Shown piece by piece: positions 60,697 through 64,000 of a DNA stretch of 64,000 bases. Under the pieces are notes generated by a model. The model saw only the letters and a program-made list of their open reading frames with translations. It was not told the DNA's origin and ran no database searches. Source of the stretch: an uncultured virus (IMG/VR IMGVR_UViG_3300032135_000002). Taxonomy: Duplodnaviria; Heunggongvirae; Uroviricota; Caudoviricetes. Positions within the stretch are counted from its first letter, which is position 1. Every line of letters starts with the position of its first letter. The position numbers were made by a program, and so were the translations under genes. Location: IMG/VR virus record IMGVR_UViG_3300032135_000002, one strand, 5' to 3'.

Positions 60697-60909
60697 ATGG
60701 ACTACAAACGTGAATGTGCAGTTATTAACCTGCTTCGTCAGATAAAAGGACGTATTGGCGAAGAAGCCGAATACGACTATGAAGCTATGGAAATTGTTCA
60801 TAAAATTGACCGTATCATTGTCGGAAAGCCACCACAAAAAAATTATAACCAGATAAACGATGTTTTAAATAAGGTACTCGTAGATAATAAATTTGCGAAG
60901 ACTCAGTAA
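60697..60909 (+). CDS. Hypothetical protein
   Basis: GAGG RBS, 70 aa. Confidence 0.5.
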   Translation: MDYKRECAVINLLRQIKGRIGEEAEYDYEAMEIVHKIDRIIVGKPPQKNYNQINDVLNKVLVDNKFAKTQ

Positions 60910-60953
60910 ACTGAAGTAGACTAATTTCAAATTTACAACCGAGAATAATTGGT

Positions 60954-61190
60954 ATGGCACTGCACCCTCTTGAAGAATACTTAATGACATCTGAATCCAA
61001 GGCAGTAGCTGTGCTGTTGTGGATTCTAAAGAACAAAGACGAATCGGGACACATTCACGCCACGTTAGATACGGTAGCTAAAGAGTGTGAAGTAACGAAA
61101 GTTACGGTTAATCGGGTTTTTCAAAAACTGTATGCTGGTGGTTTTATGAAAAAAATCCGTAATGGGAAATACGTCGTTTACAAAATCTGA
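60954..61190 (+). CDS. Second RepL-like winged-helix protein
   Basis: VLLWIL...ATLDTVAKECEVTKVTVNRVFQKL...GF.KK..NG.Y. Confidence 0.6.
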   Translation: MALHPLEEYLMTSESKAVAVLLWILKNKDESGHIHATLDTVAKECEVTKVTVNRVFQKLYAGGFMKKIRNGKYVVYKI

Positions 61191-61393
61191 TGGAGAAAAT
61201 CATGAGCAGCGATATCTTAAAATACTTTGAATACGCTCATCTTCCTGAAAAACTGCAGGTAGTAAGTAAACCGTTTCACGACCTGGCACACAAAATGGAG
61301 GAAGACCTTGATGGGTGTCCAGAGAAATCGGCAGGGCTTCGTAAAATCCTGGAAGCCAAAGATTGCTGTGTTCGTGCTGCGTTGAATCCGTAG
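61190..61393 (+). CDS. Small helical-hairpin phage protein (possible Acb2/Tad1-like sponge)
   Basis: FEYAHLP..LQ.VSKPF...PEKSAGLRK.LEAKDC.VRA. Confidence 0.5.
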   Translation: MEKIMSSDILKYFEYAHLPEKLQVVSKPFHDLAHKMEEDLDGCPEKSAGLRKILEAKDCCVRAALNP

Positions 61394-61396
61394 TAG

Positions 61397-61810
61397 ATGG
61401 CATTCTTCAAACGGACGGATAAAGAACGGGTGTACGTCATTAAAATCGTACTCCCCGATGATACCGTGGTGCACAAGATCGGAATGACAAATACCCCACG
61501 TTCTGCTGATAGGATGATGGAGATTTTGCGTTCTTGGTTTATGGCTTATCGGTTTGTTCCGTACACGGAACTGCGTCTGGATATGGAATGCAGAGATGCT
61601 TACAAACTTGAACAGTACATTCACAAGATTCTAAGCAATAACAGATTTGAGCCAGATCTGAAGGTAGATGGCGGAACAGAGATGTTTGTAGGCATTAACG
61701 AATTGAGAGTAATACAATTCTTAAAAGCGTATGGAAACAGCTCGTTTATAGATCCACCAAAGCTGAGCAAACAAGAATTTGGCACGATAAACCGACTCTT
61801 AACCCAGTAG
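61397..61810 (+). CDS. GIY-YIG/T5orf172-like protein
   Basis: VYVI...HKIGMT...R, LEQYIH, GGTEMF. Confidence 0.7.
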   Translation: MAFFKRTDKERVYVIKIVLPDDTVVHKIGMTNTPRSADRMMEILRSWFMAYRFVPYTELRLDMECRDAYKLEQYIHKILSNNRFEPDLKVDGGTEMFVGINELRVIQFLKAYGNSSFIDPPKLSKQEFGTINRLLTQ

Positions 61811-61823
61811 ATTCAGGGACACC

Positions 61824-62528
61824 ATGAAAGAATTATCAAAAGAACTTGTTATGTCACAGCTGCCAAAAAAACAGCAGTTGATGGTGTCGGATGGAGACAT
61901 TGAAGAAATAAACAAACTTGCTACAAATCCGGATTACGGTCCAGAGTTTCTTCAGACATACATGGATCATCTGATTGTATTAAAAGACAATCTCAAAAAT
62001 AGTCATACCCAGTACATAAGTGCCATCAAGTTTTTCAGTCTTGTTGAGAGCGGTAACAACCTACGGGAAGCTTATATAAAAACGTTTCCTGAACGGTGGG
62101 AAGAAAGAAGCCGTCGTAGCGATGATCCGGATGCAGTCATAAATGCCGAAGCCAGCAGGTTTAATAAAACCCGGTTGGTAAATGACGTTCGCAGAATGTC
62201 AGCTATACCCATCCAGCTTATCCATCGACACATACTGCATGAAGCCATTCTTTCACAAGCCCACCTTATGCGTACTTCAAGATCCGACATGGTAAGGCAG
62301 AAGGCAGGCGCAACGCTGATCTCAGAGCTGAAGCCTACGGAAGATCAGACCATCAATATCAACGTAGATGATGGGTCCAAGTCCGTGATACAGGAGCTTA
62401 GAGAGGCTACTGAGAAGCTCGCTGCAGCAGAGCGTAGATCCGTAGATGCCGGAGTTCCCATGAGGGATATCGCAAATTCCAACATCATAGAAGCGGAATT
62501 TAGCAGCAGTAGCAGGGATGACGATTAA
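61824..62528 (+). CDS. N4 gp69-like protein (putative small terminase)
   Basis: Y.SAIKF.S...G...AY.KTFPER and S..VRQKA motifs; directly before the large terminase. Confidence 0.65.
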   Translation: MKELSKELVMSQLPKKQQLMVSDGDIEEINKLATNPDYGPEFLQTYMDHLIVLKDNLKNSHTQYISAIKFFSLVESGNNLREAYIKTFPERWEERSRRSDDPDAVINAEASRFNKTRLVNDVRRMSAIPIQLIHRHILHEAILSQAHLMRTSRSDMVRQKAGATLISELKPTEDQTININVDDGSKSVIQELREATEKLAAAERRSVDAGVPMRDIANSNIIEAEFSSSSRDDD

Positions 62529-64000
62529 TGGATTTGGATAAACAGCTAAATTTAGTAGATTATGGATTCTTTGACACAGATTACCGTCCAACACAATTTG
62601 CTTTAGAATTTATCGCTTTTGTTAAGCTGGTTAATGGTTCCATGGGGGAAGAAAACAAATCTCCTATTATCCATTACGACATGCTAGATCAGCTATCGGA
62701 AGAACGGCCAGGCGCAGCTTCGAGGTTTCTTCAAAACCTGTACGTGTCTTTTCGTGGATCAGCTAAGACAACGGCTTTGCACGAGTACATGTACCTGTAC
62801 CTGGCAACCTATGGCGGTATTAAAGGCATAGGTCCTATAAACGTAGCCATGTACATAAGTGACACTATGGAGAACGGTGTGAAGTCCATGAGGAATAACT
62901 TGGAGTTCCGGTGGAACAACAGCGAGTTTCTTCAGAAGTACGTGCCGTATACCAGATTTACAGATGTTAGGTGGGAGTTTAAGAACGCTGACGGTAAGAG
63001 GCTGACGGTTCGTGGTTTTGGTGCTACTACGGGTGTTCGTGGTTTTAAAGAATACGGTGAGCGTCCGACGTGGTGCGGTATGGACGATTTGATGTCTGAC
63101 AAAAATGCCGAGTCAGCAACTATTATTCGTGACATAAAAAACATTGTGTATAAAGCTGCACGTCAGGCAATGCACCCTAAGAAGCGTATTGTTATATGGA
63201 CGGGCACACCCTTCAACAAATCAGATCCGTTCTATGAAGCTGCCAGCAGCAATGCTTGGAACGTTCGTGTGTACCCTATTTGTGAAAAATTCCCGTGCAC
63301 TAAACAAGAATTTAAAGGTGCTTGGGAAGATCGATTCCCTTACTCCTTTGTCAAAAACGAGTATTACTCATTGTTGGAGAGTGGTGAAATCAGCTCTTTC
63401 AACCAGGAGCTTATGTTGAGAATCACAAGCGAAGAAAGCAGGCTGGTTACGGACAGTGATCTGGTTTGGTACAACAGAGATCTGGTTGTTAAAAATCGTT
63501 CAAAGTTTAACTTCTATATTACTACTGACTTTGCCACATCTGATGGAAAGAAGAGTGACTACAGCGTGTGTGGTGTTTGGGCTTACACTAACAATGGTGA
63601 ATGGCTCCTAGTAGATGGGTTTTGTAAGCGACAGCTGATGGATAAAAACATTGACCAGCTATTTAGGTACGTTTCTGTATACCGTCCTTTAAGCGTCGGT
63701 ATTGAGATTAACGGTCAGCAGAAAGGTTTTATACAGTGGATAAAAGGAGAAATGATAACCCGTAACATATTCTTTAACTTTGCAAAACAGGGCAACATTG
63801 AAGGTATTCGTCGTACTGCTAAAAAAATAGTGTCTTTTAAATTGTTTGTACCTCAGATCAAAGCTAAGAAAGTTTGGTTACCAATAGAGATGAAAAAAGA
63901 TCCTTTGCTGGTAGAAATTGTGGAAGAGCTGACGTTTGCAACTGAAGAAGGCTTCCAATCTAAAAATGACGATGCTGGTGATATGATGTCCATGTTGACA
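62528..64000 (+). CDS. Terminase large subunit (N4 gp68-like), truncated by the window edge
   Basis: Not in the ORF track. Reads MDLDKQLN...FALEFIAFVKLVNG..GEENKSP..HY, FRGSAKTT, GMDDL, TGTPFN, TTDFATS. Confidence 0.9.
   Translation, partial: MDLDKQLNLVDYGFFDTDYRPTQFALEFIAFVKLVNGSMGEENKSPIIHYDMLDQLSEERPGAASRFLQNLYVSFRGSAKTTALHEYMYLYLATYGGIKGIGPINVAMYISDTMENGVKSMRNNLEFRWNNSEFLQKYVPYTRFTDVRWEFKNADGKRLTVRGFGATTGVRGFKEYGERPTWCGMDDLMSDKNAESATIIRDIKNIVYKAARQAMHPKKRIVIWTGTPFNKSDPFYEAASSNAWNVRVYPICEKFPCTKQEFKGAWEDRFPYSFVKNEYYSLLESGEISSFNQELMLRITSEESRLVTDSDLVWYNRDLVVKNRSKFNFYITTDFATSDGKKSDYSVCGVWAYTNNGEWLLVDGFCKRQLMDKNIDQLFRYVSVYRPLSVGIEINGQQKGFIQWIKGEMITRNIFFNFAKQGNIEGIRRTAKKIVSFKLFVPQIKAKKVWLPIEMKKDPLLVEIVEELTFATEEGFQSKNDDAGDMMSMLT

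Noticed and set aside
1..64000. tRNAs, integrase, alternative genetic code
   Set aside because: No T-loop/cloverleaf or recombinase motifs were noticed by eye, and long genes are intact under the standard code.

Overview
The window is most of a circularly permuted, divergent N4-like (Schitoviridae-related) phage genome, probably infecting a gammaproteobacterium. The + strand from 1 to 28865 is the virion module in N4 gene order: portal, gp58/gp57-like, major capsid, gp55-like, an inserted 4-gene fibre/decoration cassette, gp54-like, gp53/52/51-like and a virion RNA polymerase. The - strand from 28871 to 57428 carries replication genes (SSB, AAA ATPase, PD-(D/E)xK nuclease, family A DNA polymerase, primase, helicase), many small genes, a dCMP deaminase and a second T7-like RNA polymerase. 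The + strand from 57609 carries endonucleases, anti-defence candidates, RepL-like proteins and the terminase, which is cut by the window edge. Main highlights: (1) an acyl carrier protein, a minimal Cys-His-His ketosynthase and a possible GNAT-like gene coupled into the virion operon, a candidate phage protein-lipidation system; (2) a virion RNAP split into two genes whose only cysteines sit on either side of the break; (3) a type II hammerhead ribozyme upstream of the second RNAP; (4) four phased TGTACC-N8-GGTACA palindromes plus an IHF site before a RepL-like gene; (5) homing endonucleases that split the DNA polymerase gene and displace the 3' end of a Tad2-like gene. All family calls come from motif recognition and synteny by eye; no database search was run.
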